DNA from: the human T2T-CHM13v2.0 reference genome, Homo sapiens
Assembly (NCBI RefSeq): GCF_009914755.1
Contig: NC_060931.1
DNA length: 64,000 nt
Direction: 5' to 3' (one strand)
Positions within the stretch are counted from its first letter, which is position 1; each line of letters starts with the position of its first letter. The notes under the pieces are model-generated. The model was not told the origin of the DNA and ran no database searches. It saw only the letters and a list, made by a program, of their open reading frames with translations. Shown piece by piece: positions 63,621-64,000 of this stretch. The translations under genes and the position numbers were made by a program.

Positions 63621-63698
63621 CAGATGCTCCTTGATGTACAATGGGGTTACATTCTGATAAACCCATAATATGTTGAAAATATGTCAAAAATGCATTTG
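63621..63698 (+). mobile_element. MER47-like Tigger terminal fragment
   Basis: TA then cagatgctcc..atggggttac..gataaacccat..gttgaaaatat..aaatgcattt. Confidence 0.7.
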
Positions 63699-63702
63699 CG
63701 GA

Positions 63703-64000
<298 letters not shown>

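Overview
Primate (human-like) genomic DNA, not a prokaryotic window. It holds the CpG-island promoter and exon 1 of SMURF1 (HECT E3 ligase) on the minus strand: the ATG at 61063 encodes MSNPGTRRNGSSIKIRLT, followed by a phase-1 GT donor at 61008. About 61 kb of SMURF1 intron 1 follows; I did not see exon 2 in the window. About 2.6 kb lies upstream of the promoter. The intron is dense in repeats: about 35 Alu/FLAM/FRAM elements, a near-full-length decayed L1, several MaLR/ERVL LTRs and DNA-transposon fossils. Repeat family names are from my recall of consensus sequences and boundaries are approximate. Nearly all listed ORFs are Alu, L1 or GC-rich artefacts. I found no convincing new gene system. 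The most notable items are: (1) a complex templated insertion, in which 199 bp copied from 26 kb away sits inside an Alu and the donor is bounded by a 9-bp direct repeat; (2) a well-formed 58-nt candidate poison exon; (3) an in-frame, stop-free 5' UTR with strong-context CTG/GTG codons; (4) a 1-kb GC-box minisatellite with reversed GC skew; (5) several repair or duplication scars.
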